Assembly: GCA_031372065.1 (NCBI GenBank)
Contig: JANMKN010000336.1
Span: 1-27,748, forward strand
Reading direction: 5' to 3'
Length of the DNA stretch: 27,748 bases
From: Abditibacteriaceae bacterium
GTDB taxonomy: Bacteria; Armatimonadota; Abditibacteriia; Abditibacteriales; Abditibacteriaceae
Shown here: positions 8,877-18,037 of the stretch, in pieces
Layout: the number at the start of each line of letters is the position of its first letter
Numbering within the stretch: the first letter of the stretch is position 1
The notes under the pieces: model-generated
What the model was told of the DNA's origin: nothing
Databases searched by the model: none
Seen by the model: the letters and a program-made list of their open reading frames with translations, nothing else
Made by a program: the position numbers and the translations under genes

Positions 8877-10973
8877 CTATTTCAACAACCATTCAATGCC
8901 TGCGTTTTGTTTGTCTTGGGCATCGCCGATAAACGGCGCGAGTTCGTCGATTTTGGCGCCAAAAGTTTGCGGTTTGCCACCTTCACCCGCAATCCACAGC
9001 GCGTGCGGCGCGTTCAGGGCGAGCAGGCCGGGAATGTCCAGATATTTGGCACCGGCGGGTAGAAACATCGTGTCGCGGTAATCGAGAAGATTGCCAAAGC
9101 GAAAACCATTGGTGTCCACAGCGGCGCGGTTGATGGCTTCATCTGTAAGGGCGCGGGCAGCAAGAGCGATGGGGCCAGTATTGTTCCAAGCAGCAAGCGC
9201 GATATTTTTTGGATTGGGAAATGGCCCTGTTTTCGCGGTGTGCAAAAAATTTATGATGGAAAGCATATCGTGCGTTCGTTGGGCGAATAGCGCGTTGTTA
9301 TAGCCGAAAGTATAGCCGGCGAATTCGCGTGGATTAGCGACAACGCGCGTTTGTTTCATCGGTTCGCCGCTCTGAAACAATAAGTCGGCGCCCACGACGG
9401 CAACGCCGCTTTGGATGAGTTTTTTTACGTTCTCATTTTGCAGCGCTGCTTTGCCGTTATCGTCAAGCCAAACTACAACACGGCCCTTCCAAGCCTTTGG
9501 TTGAAGGCAAACGACCTTAATTTCTTCGATGTAAGTTTTGTTAAATAGCGTGCCGTTCATTTCGAGATAATCACCGCGATCTTGCTGGTCTTTGGCATTC
9601 CATTCGACTTCGCCCGCGTTGGCGAAAGTGCGGCCAATAACTACTTCCCATGCGGGTCGCAGCACGTTTTGCAAGCCCTCGGCAGTGGCAGCGCTGGCGC
9701 GTAATTGCTTGTCGGAATCGTCGGTGAACCATTTCAGCAGTTGGCGCTCAAATTCGGGGTCGGCGGCTTTGGGCGCAGGATGTTCGTTATCCCAAACGGA
9801 AAGTTTCTGGCGCGTCAGCGGTTCGTAATCGCGTTCGATTACAGGCGAAGGTTGGCCGAGTTTGAAATGCTGATTCAGGAATGTGTAAAATGCGGCGCGC
9901 GAAACGGCGTTGTAGTTATGCGGAAAATATTCGCCGCGCTGTAGGAAAACATTGTCTTTTGCGCCGTGCAAAGCATAAAGTTTTTGCAAGTCGGGAAAGC
10001 CTTTAGTGGACATTTCTTTTGTCCAATCGTCGGCTGTGGTCATGCCTTGCGGCTTAGGCGCGAAAAGCGCGGCAAACTCGACGTTGCCGGTGCCAATGCG
10101 CAGCAGTGAAGCGTTTTCGCAAGTGCAACCGCCTTGCATCGAAGTGCTGACCATCACACACGGAAACGAAAGTTTGATGCGGTCATCAATCGCCGCCAAA
10201 AGCATGGTTTGCGTGCCACCGCCACTGGCACCGGTGATGGCGATGCGTTCGGAGTCCACTTCGGGCAGGCCGAGCAAAAAATCGAGACTGCGCACGGCAT
10301 TCCATGTGTGCAAGCCCATAATGCTTTGCGCGTGTGCTTCGGCTTGCGGGCTGTAAAGTCCCCAATTTTGCGCGGTGTTCATTTCAGGACGTTGTTTGGC
10401 GAATTGATGCACTAATTCGCGTGAAAACTGATGCGAATCCGAATCACTGAGCATATCCCATTGCCACACTACGCAGCCCATGCGCGCCACTTGCACGCAC
10501 AGCGATTGGAAAATACTACGCCCGCCCTTTTCAAAACGCTCGCCACCCGAAGCGATTTCCTGTCGCACATTATCGGGTTCGTTAAGCGAAAGACGCGCAT
10601 CTTGCCAATGGCCGTGGGCGAACAAAACGGCGGGCACTTTGCCGGTGATATTTTTAGGACGATAAAGATTGCCGGTGACGAAAAAACCGGGTGCGCTCTC
10701 GAAATAAACTTTCTCGACGGTGTAGTCGCCGCCATCAATCTTGCCGTGAATAACGGCATTGAGCGGCGTTTTCGTCGGCATCGGCCACAGACCTTGCGAC
10801 ACCAAAATCTGCCGCCGCACATAATCTTTGCGCGCATTCCATTGGTTTAAAGCCGCAGGAGGATTGAAGGGGAAATAGCCGTTTAAATCTTTGAGCGGCT
10901 GTTGGCGGGAGTCTTCGGCCATTGCATTCAGCGAAACACAAAGTAGGGCAGCAAAAAGAAGCGCGTGTTTCAT
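8877..10973 (-). CDS. Secreted alpha/beta hydrolase (acetylxylan esterase-like)
   Basis: Signal peptide MKHALLFAALL (ATG 10973), nucleophile motif TGASGGG, QGGCTCEN and HNY motifs, plus a second degenerate hydrolase-like domain. Confidence 0.85.
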   Translation of the reverse strand: MKHALLFAALLCVSLNAMAEDSRQQPLKDLNGYFPFNPPAALNQWNARKDYVRRQILVSQGLWPMPTKTPLNAVIHGKIDGGDYTVEKVYFESAPGFFVTGNLYRPKNITGKVPAVLFAHGHWQDARLSLNEPDNVRQEIASGGERFEKGGRSIFQSLCVQVARMGCVVWQWDMLSDSDSHQFSRELVHQFAKQRPEMNTAQNWGLYSPQAEAHAQSIMGLHTWNAVRSLDFLLGLPEVDSERIAITGASGGGTQTMLLAAIDDRIKLSFPCVMVSTSMQGGCTCENASLLRIGTGNVEFAALFAPKPQGMTTADDWTKEMSTKGFPDLQKLYALHGAKDNVFLQRGEYFPHNYNAVSRAAFYTFLNQHFKLGQPSPVIERDYEPLTRQKLSVWDNEHPAPKAADPEFERQLLKWFTDDSDKQLRASAATAEGLQNVLRPAWEVVIGRTFANAGEVEWNAKDQQDRGDYLEMNGTLFNKTYIEEIKVVCLQPKAWKGRVVVWLDDNGKAALQNENVKKLIQSGVAVVGADLLFQSGEPMKQTRVVANPREFAGYTFGYNNALFAQRTHDMLSIINFLHTAKTGPFPNPKNIALAAWNNTGPIALAARALTDEAINRAAVDTNGFRFGNLLDYRDTMFLPAGAKYLDIPGLLALNAPHALWIAGEGGKPQTFGAKIDELAPFIGDAQDKQNAGIEWLLK

Positions 10974-10981
10974 TGCCAGAA

Positions 10982-11419
10982 TTATTCGTCGTGTTGGGAG
11001 CGGCCTAATGTGCCCGCTAAATAAAGTCCGCCAATGTAAAGCGCGATTTGCATCATTACGCCCCAATATTCATCGTGCGGCCACGAAGCGTGTTTGACTT
11101 TGTTGTTGTGCGTCGGAAACAGCTTTTCGGGCATCGCCTCGAAGCGGCGCGGGTCTTTGCGCAATTCGGCGGGGATGTGTTCAAAATCGGGACAAATGGC
11201 GCCGAGCGCGCCCCAGAATTGCGGCGAATTCCAGCCGTGCTGTTGAACAATACGCGCCATCGTGCCAAAGACAATCGGCGTTTCTCCCGCGCCCATATCG
11301 TGATGCGGAATCACATCACCGACAAAATGCGAGGCCAAGCCAACCACAAAAGCCAGTGGTTTGTTTTTGATATAACGACCAAGCGCCGCGCCAATCGCGG
11401 CATGAACAGAGCCTGTCAT
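10982..11419 (-). CDS. Hypothetical protein, probable membrane-associated metal-dependent hydrolase
   Basis: HAAIG, SHFVGDVIPH and PDFEH His/Asp motifs within hydrophobic segments. Confidence 0.65.
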   Translation of the reverse strand: MTGSVHAAIGAALGRYIKNKPLAFVVGLASHFVGDVIPHHDMGAGETPIVFGTMARIVQQHGWNSPQFWGALGAICPDFEHIPAELRKDPRRFEAMPEKLFPTHNNKVKHASWPHDEYWGVMMQIALYIGGLYLAGTLGRSQHDE

Positions 11420-11421
11420 GG

Positions 11422-11489
11422 GAATTTTGAATTTTGAATTTTGAGTTGAATTGATGCAATTAAAAACTCAAAATTTAAAATTCAAAATT
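11422..11489. repeat. Heptamer (GAATTTT)3 repeat with inverted counterpart, forming a 25-bp stem
   Basis: 11423-11447 is the reverse complement of 11465-11489 at 24/25 positions, with a 17-nt loop. Confidence 0.9.
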
Positions 11490-12759
11490 ACTTAAACATA
11501 TCTGGTGCGAATTCTTTGTAGCGGTTATAAACCTTCCAAACGTAGCGCTGCACCTGCGCGCCATTGGGAACGTTATTGCCCGCGCGTTTGACGGCGTTGG
11601 GGCCTGCATTGTAGGCGGCGACGGCTAACAGTGGGCCACGCGCGCCGAAGCGATTGAAGTCGTCGAGATGACCACGAAGCAACTTTGCTGTGCCGTAAAT
11701 GTTTTCGGTGGGATTATAAGGGTTGCGGATGCCCAAATCGCGCGAATTGAAAGGCATCAATTGGCCGAGGCCCTGCGCGCCGGAATTGCTGGTGCATTTG
11801 ATGTCGAAATCGCTTTCCACCGAAATGATCGCGGCCAAAAAGCGCGGGTCAAGATTGTGTTTTACGCCGGCTCCCAATAGCGCCGACGCGATTTCCTCTA
11901 CTTGTGGCTCGCTGAGACGCGCATTATGACGATGAACAAGCGCTTTGTAAGCGGGTTTTTGCTCGTCAACCAACGATTGCAGGCGCGCCTTCGATGAATT
12001 CGCGGGCGGCAAGGAACTGGTCAAGGCGCGACTTCCGGCGCGCCCGACAATCGTGCCTGAAACTGTGCCGCGACTGCTGAGTTGATTGCCACGCAGCGGC
12101 GTGCCGGAACTGAAAACTTGCGGCGCACCCGAAGTGCCACCCGCCCGCATTCCCTCCGGCGATGTCATCGTGGTCATGGGCGGCGCGACGATGACATCGC
12201 TGTTCGGGCCGCGAAAATTTTCCAGATTGATGCCGTCTTTGCCATTATCGGAAATAATCGTCGCCGTGCCACTTTGTGGCGCAATGGTGCCATCAGCGTT
12301 TCCCGTGGCGCTGCCGTATGAAACTAATTGCGGCGTCGCGGCGACGAGGGAAAAACCGGCGTCATCGCCGACTTCCACCAACACGCGCGCTTTGTTGCCC
12401 GAACGCATGACATCGAAGTTGCGAAACTTCGCTGATACGCCAAAAGATGCTAAGGTGTCATCAATTTTCATGATAAACACGCGCCCTTTGCTGCTCGACA
12501 TGGTGCCTGTGACATCGCCTTGCATTTCCACCAGAGAACCGGCCAACGTTGCCACATTGGCACGAGCGCCAGCAGGCGTAGTAAAGGTTTGCACGCGATA
12601 CAACTGGCGAATTTGCTCGTAACCGAGCGTTTCAAGAGGCGCGCCGGGATTGGCAAATTCCGTTTTTTTCTCGGCGCCATTTTGCGGCGTAATGGATTCT
12701 TGCGCCCACAGAGGCCCAGTCAAAGCGAGAGAACAGCAAAGCAGTGCGATTTTTTTCAT
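11488..12759 (-). CDS. Lytic transglycosylase (SLT domain) with N-terminal OB-like region and low-complexity linker
   Basis: Signal peptide MKKIALL (ATG 12759). IISVESDF catalytic Glu, GAQGLGQLMP and AAYNAG motifs. Confidence 0.9.
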   Translation of the reverse strand: MKKIALLCCSLALTGPLWAQESITPQNGAEKKTEFANPGAPLETLGYEQIRQLYRVQTFTTPAGARANVATLAGSLVEMQGDVTGTMSSSKGRVFIMKIDDTLASFGVSAKFRNFDVMRSGNKARVLVEVGDDAGFSLVAATPQLVSYGSATGNADGTIAPQSGTATIISDNGKDGINLENFRGPNSDVIVAPPMTTMTSPEGMRAGGTSGAPQVFSSGTPLRGNQLSSRGTVSGTIVGRAGSRALTSSLPPANSSKARLQSLVDEQKPAYKALVHRHNARLSEPQVEEIASALLGAGVKHNLDPRFLAAIISVESDFDIKCTSNSGAQGLGQLMPFNSRDLGIRNPYNPTENIYGTAKLLRGHLDDFNRFGARGPLLAVAAYNAGPNAVKRAGNNVPNGAQVQRYVWKVYNRYKEFAPDMFK

Positions 12760-12763
12760 GGCT

Positions 12764-14152
12764 TTAAACAACGGACAATTCGATAATCTTGCGCGACGCC
12801 GGACGCGCCACAAGGCGCTGGGCCTCGCCCACAAAGCCCCACAAAAAGGCTTCGTGCGTTACCACTTCGACAAAAGAACCCACCGGATAGTTGTCGCTTT
12901 CGCCGGGGAACAATACCAATTTGTTGCCACGCGTGCGGCCCATCAAGCGCGTCGGGTCTTTATCACTGACACCTTCAACAAGGACTTCGTAACTGCCGCC
13001 AACCAAGGCGCGATTTTTTTCGCGGGCGGTGTGGTTTTGCAAATCAATCAATTCGCGCAAACGGCGCTGCTTGGTTTCGTGCGGCACATCGTTGGCCCAC
13101 TCCCACGCTTCGGTAGTGTGGCGCGGCGAATAAGCGAACATATAAGCCTGATCGAATTGAATTTCTTCGAAAGCGCGCAGCGTGCCGGCAAATTCTTCCT
13201 CGCTTTCGCCGCAAAATCCCACGATGGCATCGGTTGTCACCGAAACGCCGGGAATCTTCTCCCGAATGGAATCAATAATGCGACGATATTTTTCGATGGT
13301 GTAAGTGCGTTTCATGCGCTTCAAACACTCGTTGTCGCCGCTTTGCAAAGGTAAATGCAAATGCTCGCAAACCGCAGGCAGTGCCGCGATGCTTTCAATC
13401 AATCGCTGATTGAAATACATCGGATGCGGGCTGGTAAAACGCACGCGCAACTTGGAATTGATGCCGTTAATTTGCTCCAGCAGCCACGCAAAATCCACAC
13501 GCGAGCCGTCGGGAAGTTTTTCGAGGTCGTGGCCGTAGGCGTTGACGGTTTGGCCGAGCAGCGTCACTTCGCGGTAGCCCAAATCGGACAATTGTTTAAT
13601 CTCATCCAAAACTTCTTGCGGACTACGCGAAACTTCGCGCCCGCGCGCCGAAGGCACCGCGCAATAAGTGCAGTTGAAATTGCAGCCGAAAATAATGTCC
13701 ACATAAGCCGAAACCGCGCTGGAACGGCGCACCGGCGTGGCCGGAGTCGGGTCGCATTCCAAGTCAAGGCCATCCGCGTTTTGGTTGTGATGTTCGCTTT
13801 GCGCGCGGCGCAAAAGATGCGGCAAATGATGCAAATTGCGCGGGCCGAGCAGAATATCCACTTCCGGCACACGGGCGCGAATGCCATCAGCTTCGCGTTG
13901 CGCCATGCAACCGGCCACGCCAATTATTAAATCGGGGTTGGACTTTTTCAATTTACGCAGCGAGCCGAGTTCCGAATACAATTTGTGTTCGGGCCTCTCG
14001 CGCACGGCGCAAGTGTTCATCAAAATGACGTGGGCTTCATCGGCCACTGCGGTTGGTTCATAGCCGAGATCGTCCAACATCCCGGCCATGCGTTCACTGT
14101 CGTGAACATTCATCTGGCAGCCGTAGGTTTGAATATAATAACGCGGTTTCAT
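12764..14152 (-). CDS. miaB: tRNA-2-methylthio-N6-dimethylallyladenosine synthase
   Basis: TYGCQMNVHDSE, NTCAVRE, radical SAM CNFNCTYC motif and C-terminal TRAM domain. Start at MKPRYY (14152). Confidence 0.95.
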   Translation of the reverse strand: MKPRYYIQTYGCQMNVHDSERMAGMLDDLGYEPTAVADEAHVILMNTCAVRERPEHKLYSELGSLRKLKKSNPDLIIGVAGCMAQREADGIRARVPEVDILLGPRNLHHLPHLLRRAQSEHHNQNADGLDLECDPTPATPVRRSSAVSAYVDIIFGCNFNCTYCAVPSARGREVSRSPQEVLDEIKQLSDLGYREVTLLGQTVNAYGHDLEKLPDGSRVDFAWLLEQINGINSKLRVRFTSPHPMYFNQRLIESIAALPAVCEHLHLPLQSGDNECLKRMKRTYTIEKYRRIIDSIREKIPGVSVTTDAIVGFCGESEEEFAGTLRAFEEIQFDQAYMFAYSPRHTTEAWEWANDVPHETKQRRLRELIDLQNHTAREKNRALVGGSYEVLVEGVSDKDPTRLMGRTRGNKLVLFPGESDNYPVGSFVEVVTHEAFLWGFVGEAQRLVARPASRKIIELSVV

Positions 14153-14242
14153 GCGACAAAAACAACAAACACCCGCGTTCAAAGAAGAATCACGCAGTCC
14201 ATCTGCGCACAGCGGGAACTATTTCCAAAAAGTGACACAAAA

Positions 14243-14271
14243 AGCATACGGAGAATGGAACAGCCCGTCAA
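14243..14271 (-). promoter_or_regulatory. Sigma70-type promoter for miaB
   Basis: Minus strand TTGACG-N17-TATGCT. Confidence 0.6.
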
Positions 14272-14293
14272 CAGGCAGCGCAATCTCGCTCCT

Positions 14294-16213
14294 TCATTCG
14301 GTCTTCGTCAAAATCCGCAAATATTCCATTAATTTCTCGGCAAGCGGTTTGGTCATGCCGGGCACTTGGGCGATTTCTTCGGCGCTGGCGGCGCGCAGTT
14401 TTTGCAGGCCACCAAAATGTTCCAAGAGCGCATTGCGGCGTGCTTCGCCGATGCCGGGAATGTCGTCCAAAAGCGAATGCGTGGCCGCTTTGCCGCGCCG
14501 TTTGCGGTGATGTGTGATGGCGAAACGGTGCGCTTCGTCGCGGATGCGTTGCAGCAAATGCAAAGCGGGCGAATTGCGCGGCAAAGCTATCGCTTCGCTG
14601 CGTCCGGGCACATAAAGCAGTTCGTGCTGTTTGGCTAAACCGACCAGCGGAATGTATTCCAGCGTTTTTTCTTGCAGCACCGCGACGGCGATGCCCAGTT
14701 GACCTTTGCCGCCGTCCACCATCAATAAATCGGGCAGCGGCAAAAACTTTTCGTCGCCTTCCAAGGCGCGTTGCAAGCGGCGCCGCAGCACTTCGCGCAT
14801 CATTTCAAAGTCGTTCGATTCCGTCCCTCCGGTTAGTTCGAGCGTGTGTTTGATGGTGAAATGGCGATACGATTTTTTGTCGGCCTTGCCGCCGATGAAA
14901 ACCACCATCGAACCAACAGAAAAGGCGCCTTGAACCGTCGAAATGTCGAAACATTCGATGCGGCGCGGCGGCAAATCGAGTTTTAAATGCTTGGCTAAAT
15001 CTTCCAAAACGCTGTCGTTAATTTGCGTCGCCGTGGCGTTATACGAAAGATGCTCGCGCAAAGCGAGTTCGGCGTTGCGACGGGCCAGTTCAATCACTTT
15101 CACTTTGTCGCCGCGCTGTGGGCGGCGCACGCCGACTTTGCGATTGGCTTTTTCACTCAGCCATTCTTCAATCGCTTCAGCGTCTTCCAATTCGTGCGGT
15201 GTGAGAATTTCCTGTGGAATCGAAGTTGGCCCTTCGTAATGCTGGCGCACGAAAACCGATAGCACTTCGGCATCGGCGCGGCCTTCGATGTTGGTCAAGA
15301 AAAAATGCTGATCGCCGATTAGTTTTCCAGCGCGCACAATGAGTGTTGTCACCGACGCCACGCCCGCTTCGATAAATAATCCCAGCGCGTCGTAATCTTC
15401 GTTAGCGAGCGACACGACTTGCTGGCTTTCGGTTACGCTGCGAATCGCTTCGATTTGGTCGCGTAGTTTGGCGGCGCGCTCAAATTCCATATTGGCGGCG
15501 GCTTCGCCCATTTGCGCTTGCAAATCTTTGATTAATTCCGTCGAGCGGCCCTCCAAAAAATCCTTGAGCGCCTTGGCCTGCGCGCGATAATTTTCGGGCG
15601 ACACGGCGTTGATGCACGGCGCGGTGCAGCGTCCGATGTGATGCTCCAAACAGGCTTTATCGAGCAGTTTCGAGGTGTCGCGCCACGGACAGCCGCCGCG
15701 CCGCGAATTGTTGATAACCGCGCCGGTTCGCACTTGAAAAACGCGCTTGGCGAGTGAAACGGTTTGGCGCATTTTGCCGCTGCCCGCATAAGGGCCAAAA
15801 TACGAAGCGCGGTCATTTTTCGGGTTGCGCGTTTCGAGCAGCGCCGGAAAATCTTCGTTGAGCGTGATTTTGAGATACGGATAACGCTTATCGTCTTTGA
15901 GCCGGATATTGAAATGCGGCTTGTGCATTTTGACGAGGTTGTTTTCGAGAATCAGGGCTTCTTTTTCGGTGCGCGTGACGATGGTTTCAAAGTCGGCAAT
16001 GAGTTTCACCATCTTGCGCGAAAACGGCGAGTGCCCGCCATCTTTGGCGAAATACGAACGCACGCGATTTTTCAAATTGCGCGCCTTGCCGATGTAGATT
16101 ACTTTGCCCGCGCTGTCTTTATGCAAATACACACCGGGCAAATCCGGCAACGCCGCCAGTTTTTCGTCGAGAGTTGAAGTTTGAATGTTGAATGAAATTT
16201 CCGGCTCAGTCAT
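14294..16213 (-). CDS. uvrC: Excinuclease ABC subunit C
   Basis: GIY-YIG domain (PGVYL...IYIGKARNL), four-Cys cluster, UVR domain, RIECFDIS, VDGGKGQ, RDEAHRFA and HhH motifs. Start at MTEPEI (16213). Confidence 0.97.
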   Translation of the reverse strand: MTEPEISFNIQTSTLDEKLAALPDLPGVYLHKDSAGKVIYIGKARNLKNRVRSYFAKDGGHSPFSRKMVKLIADFETIVTRTEKEALILENNLVKMHKPHFNIRLKDDKRYPYLKITLNEDFPALLETRNPKNDRASYFGPYAGSGKMRQTVSLAKRVFQVRTGAVINNSRRGGCPWRDTSKLLDKACLEHHIGRCTAPCINAVSPENYRAQAKALKDFLEGRSTELIKDLQAQMGEAAANMEFERAAKLRDQIEAIRSVTESQQVVSLANEDYDALGLFIEAGVASVTTLIVRAGKLIGDQHFFLTNIEGRADAEVLSVFVRQHYEGPTSIPQEILTPHELEDAEAIEEWLSEKANRKVGVRRPQRGDKVKVIELARRNAELALREHLSYNATATQINDSVLEDLAKHLKLDLPPRRIECFDISTVQGAFSVGSMVVFIGGKADKKSYRHFTIKHTLELTGGTESNDFEMMREVLRRRLQRALEGDEKFLPLPDLLMVDGGKGQLGIAVAVLQEKTLEYIPLVGLAKQHELLYVPGRSEAIALPRNSPALHLLQRIRDEAHRFAITHHRKRRGKAATHSLLDDIPGIGEARRNALLEHFGGLQKLRAASAEEIAQVPGMTKPLAEKLMEYLRILTKTE

Positions 16214-16228
16214 GCGGAGTAGTTTATT
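16073..16228. repeat. Direct repeat copy 1 (uvrC 5' end plus preceding stop codon and spacer)
   Basis: 156 bp with 11 mismatches by manual alignment against 17882-18037. Confidence 0.95.
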
Positions 16229-17228
16229 GCACGCGCCAAAGTGTAAGAGTGCCATGCTTACCGCCGACAGCTATGTAATTACCATCGGGAGAATACTGTG
16301 CGATGAGAGTTTCATCCGGGTTTTGCACCGTGCGCAGTAATTTATGGCTTTTCAAATCATAAAAAACCATGCGTTTGCTCGCGCTATTGGATGAAAAACG
16401 GGAGCTATAAGCCGCTGCGGTCTTGCCGTCGGGAGAAATTTCCATATCTAATTCATCCAATGAACCGCTGGAATCCGTAGGCAGGGGAAACGTAATAATC
16501 TCTTTGCCATCGGCCACTTGCCAGCCGTGAAGAATTGTGGTTTTCTCGTCTTCTGCGGGAATTTTCGCAAATATGAGGCTGCCGTGATTGCTGAATTGTG
16601 TCCACATCACCATGCCATGAAATGTGCCTATCCATAGCATGTTTAACGTTTTGCCCTTTCGGTCACTAAGGCTTAACGAATGAGTTATGTAGTCAAACTG
16701 TCCAGGCGTATTTAGATAAGGTATTGCCTCTGTTTCGGGCACAACTTCTATTTTGCCATCGGGTGAAACAGCGTCGCTTCTTATATTCGTGCTGATTCTT
16801 CCCCAACCAGTGTTTGTATGAGAAAAACGTTTTGATTCATATTTCGTGAATTCGCCAGACAACTCATCAAGCGCGATGCCTGATTTCATATCGAAAAGAA
16901 ATATAGTTTTGTTATCGGGGGCGAACAGGAAAGGATCGGAGAGTTCTGACGTTTCAGTTCGGATTTTCTTGATGACGCGCCACGTTTGCACATTCACAAT
17001 AGAGACATTCCTTCGATTCGCAACGGCAATGGTTTTACTATCGGGCGACCACGCAAAATTCCATACTTTGATGTCTTCAGATAGATGGAAAGGAGTGATT
17101 ACAAGTGAGCGAGGCCGCCAAGAATTTCTCTCTATAATCACACCAAACAACGCCAACGGCAACAGCGCCGCGAAAAGCCACAGATAGCGGCGTTTGGGGT
17201 CTGGTGAGGAAATTTTCCGCATATTCAT
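16224..17228 (-). CDS. WD40/beta-propeller repeat protein with N-terminal membrane anchor
   Basis: Repeated WSPDSK, FAPDNK, VSPDGK, ISPDGK and YSPDGN blade motifs, ending GTLTLWRV. Confidence 0.85.
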   Translation of the reverse strand: MNMRKISSPDPKRRYLWLFAALLPLALFGVIIERNSWRPRSLVITPFHLSEDIKVWNFAWSPDSKTIAVANRRNVSIVNVQTWRVIKKIRTETSELSDPFLFAPDNKTIFLFDMKSGIALDELSGEFTKYESKRFSHTNTGWGRISTNIRSDAVSPDGKIEVVPETEAIPYLNTPGQFDYITHSLSLSDRKGKTLNMLWIGTFHGMVMWTQFSNHGSLIFAKIPAEDEKTTILHGWQVADGKEIITFPLPTDSSGSLDELDMEISPDGKTAAAYSSRFSSNSASKRMVFYDLKSHKLLRTVQNPDETLIAQYSPDGNYIAVGGKHGTLTLWRVQ

Positions 17229-17232
17229 AGCA

Positions 17233-17682
17233 TCACGGCAGGTTCAGCAAGTCGTTTATGTCTTTGGGGCGTCCGCTGGCGGTTTTATTGGCTTTGAGGT
17301 CAGAAAGGTTGATGAAATTCACCGAAACGCCATCAATGATGTCGGTAATGCGGTGCGTGTAGCATTCTTCAAACTTTACGCCGGAAATAGTTGTAAACAC
17401 TTCGAGGCGAAACGGTGGCACGCCCATTCTCACGATTTGTTCAGGACGCAAAAACAGTTCATCGGAAAGATCAGCCGAGCTAAAACCAAACTCGCGCAGC
17501 ACTTCAATGGTTTTGGCGGCATTTTGGGGATGAACGGCAATCCAAATGTCCATGTCGCCTGTCGCGCGTGGGTAGCCGTGATAACTGACGGCGTAACCAC
17601 CAACCAACAGATATTCAACTTCTTTCGAGTTCAACAACTGTAAGAACTCTTTGAAGTCGGGCGGTAGCTGGATCGTAGCCAT
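17233..17682 (-). CDS. Nucleotidyltransferase (Pol-beta fold, DUF6036/AbiEii-like)
   Basis: VGGYAVSYHGYPRATGDMD motif and C-terminal NKTASGRPKDINDL. Confidence 0.85.
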   Translation of the reverse strand: MATIQLPPDFKEFLQLLNSKEVEYLLVGGYAVSYHGYPRATGDMDIWIAVHPQNAAKTIEVLREFGFSSADLSDELFLRPEQIVRMGVPPFRLEVFTTISGVKFEECYTHRITDIIDGVSVNFINLSDLKANKTASGRPKDINDLLNLP

Positions 17683-17833
17683 AATTTAGTTGACGAAGCA
17701 GTTCAACGGCTTCCAAGCGTTCTTGCGGCGTTTTACCGAGCCAAAATTCTTTGTCTGAAGCCTCATTTTCATTGTGCAGCGACGCCACCGAGAAGGCGCT
17801 TTTGTCCATGCGAAGGGTGGAAATCGAGTTCAT
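17615..17833 (-). CDS. Small protein overlapping the nucleotidyltransferase gene, putative TA partner
   Basis: FWLGKTPQERLEAVELLRQ motif, recalled as typical of small ORFs preceding these NTases. 68-nt overlap. TATACT -10 just upstream at 17849-17854. Confidence 0.75.
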   Translation of the reverse strand: MNSISTLRMDKSAFSVASLHNENEASDKEFWLGKTPQERLEAVELLRQLNYGYDPATARLQRVLTVVELERS

Positions 17834-17839
17834 GTTTGA

Positions 17840-18022
17840 TTAAGGGAAAGTATAACCACGTCCGATGCCCTTACAGAAAACCAAATGGCGCGCCTTGCCG
17901 ATGTAAATCACTTTGCCCGCGCTGTCTTTATGCAAATACACGCCGGGCGCCTCCGGCAACGCCGCCAGTTTCTCGTCGAGAGTTGAAGTTTGAATGTTAA
18001 AGGAAATTTCCGGCTCAGTCAT
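17840..18022 (-). pseudogene. uvrC: Truncated duplicate of the uvrC 5' end (about 47 homologous codons, then unrelated sequence)
   Basis: MTEPEISFNIQTSTLDEKLAALPEAPGVYLHKDSAGKVIYIGKARHL is nearly identical to the UvrC N-terminus. Confidence 0.9.
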
Positions 18023-18037
18023 GGGGAGTAGTTTATT
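17882..18037. repeat. Direct repeat copy 2 (uvrC 5' end)
   Basis: Offset 1809 bp from copy 1, about 93% identical. Confidence 0.95.

Noticed and set aside
15620..15740. Unusual spacing before the first Cys of the UvrC Cys cluster
   Set aside because: All four cysteines are present. A short loop insertion is within ordinary variation.
16073..18037. DGR template/variable repeat pair
   Set aside because: Mismatches are not adenine-specific, no reverse transcriptase is present, and the repeat is the uvrC start.
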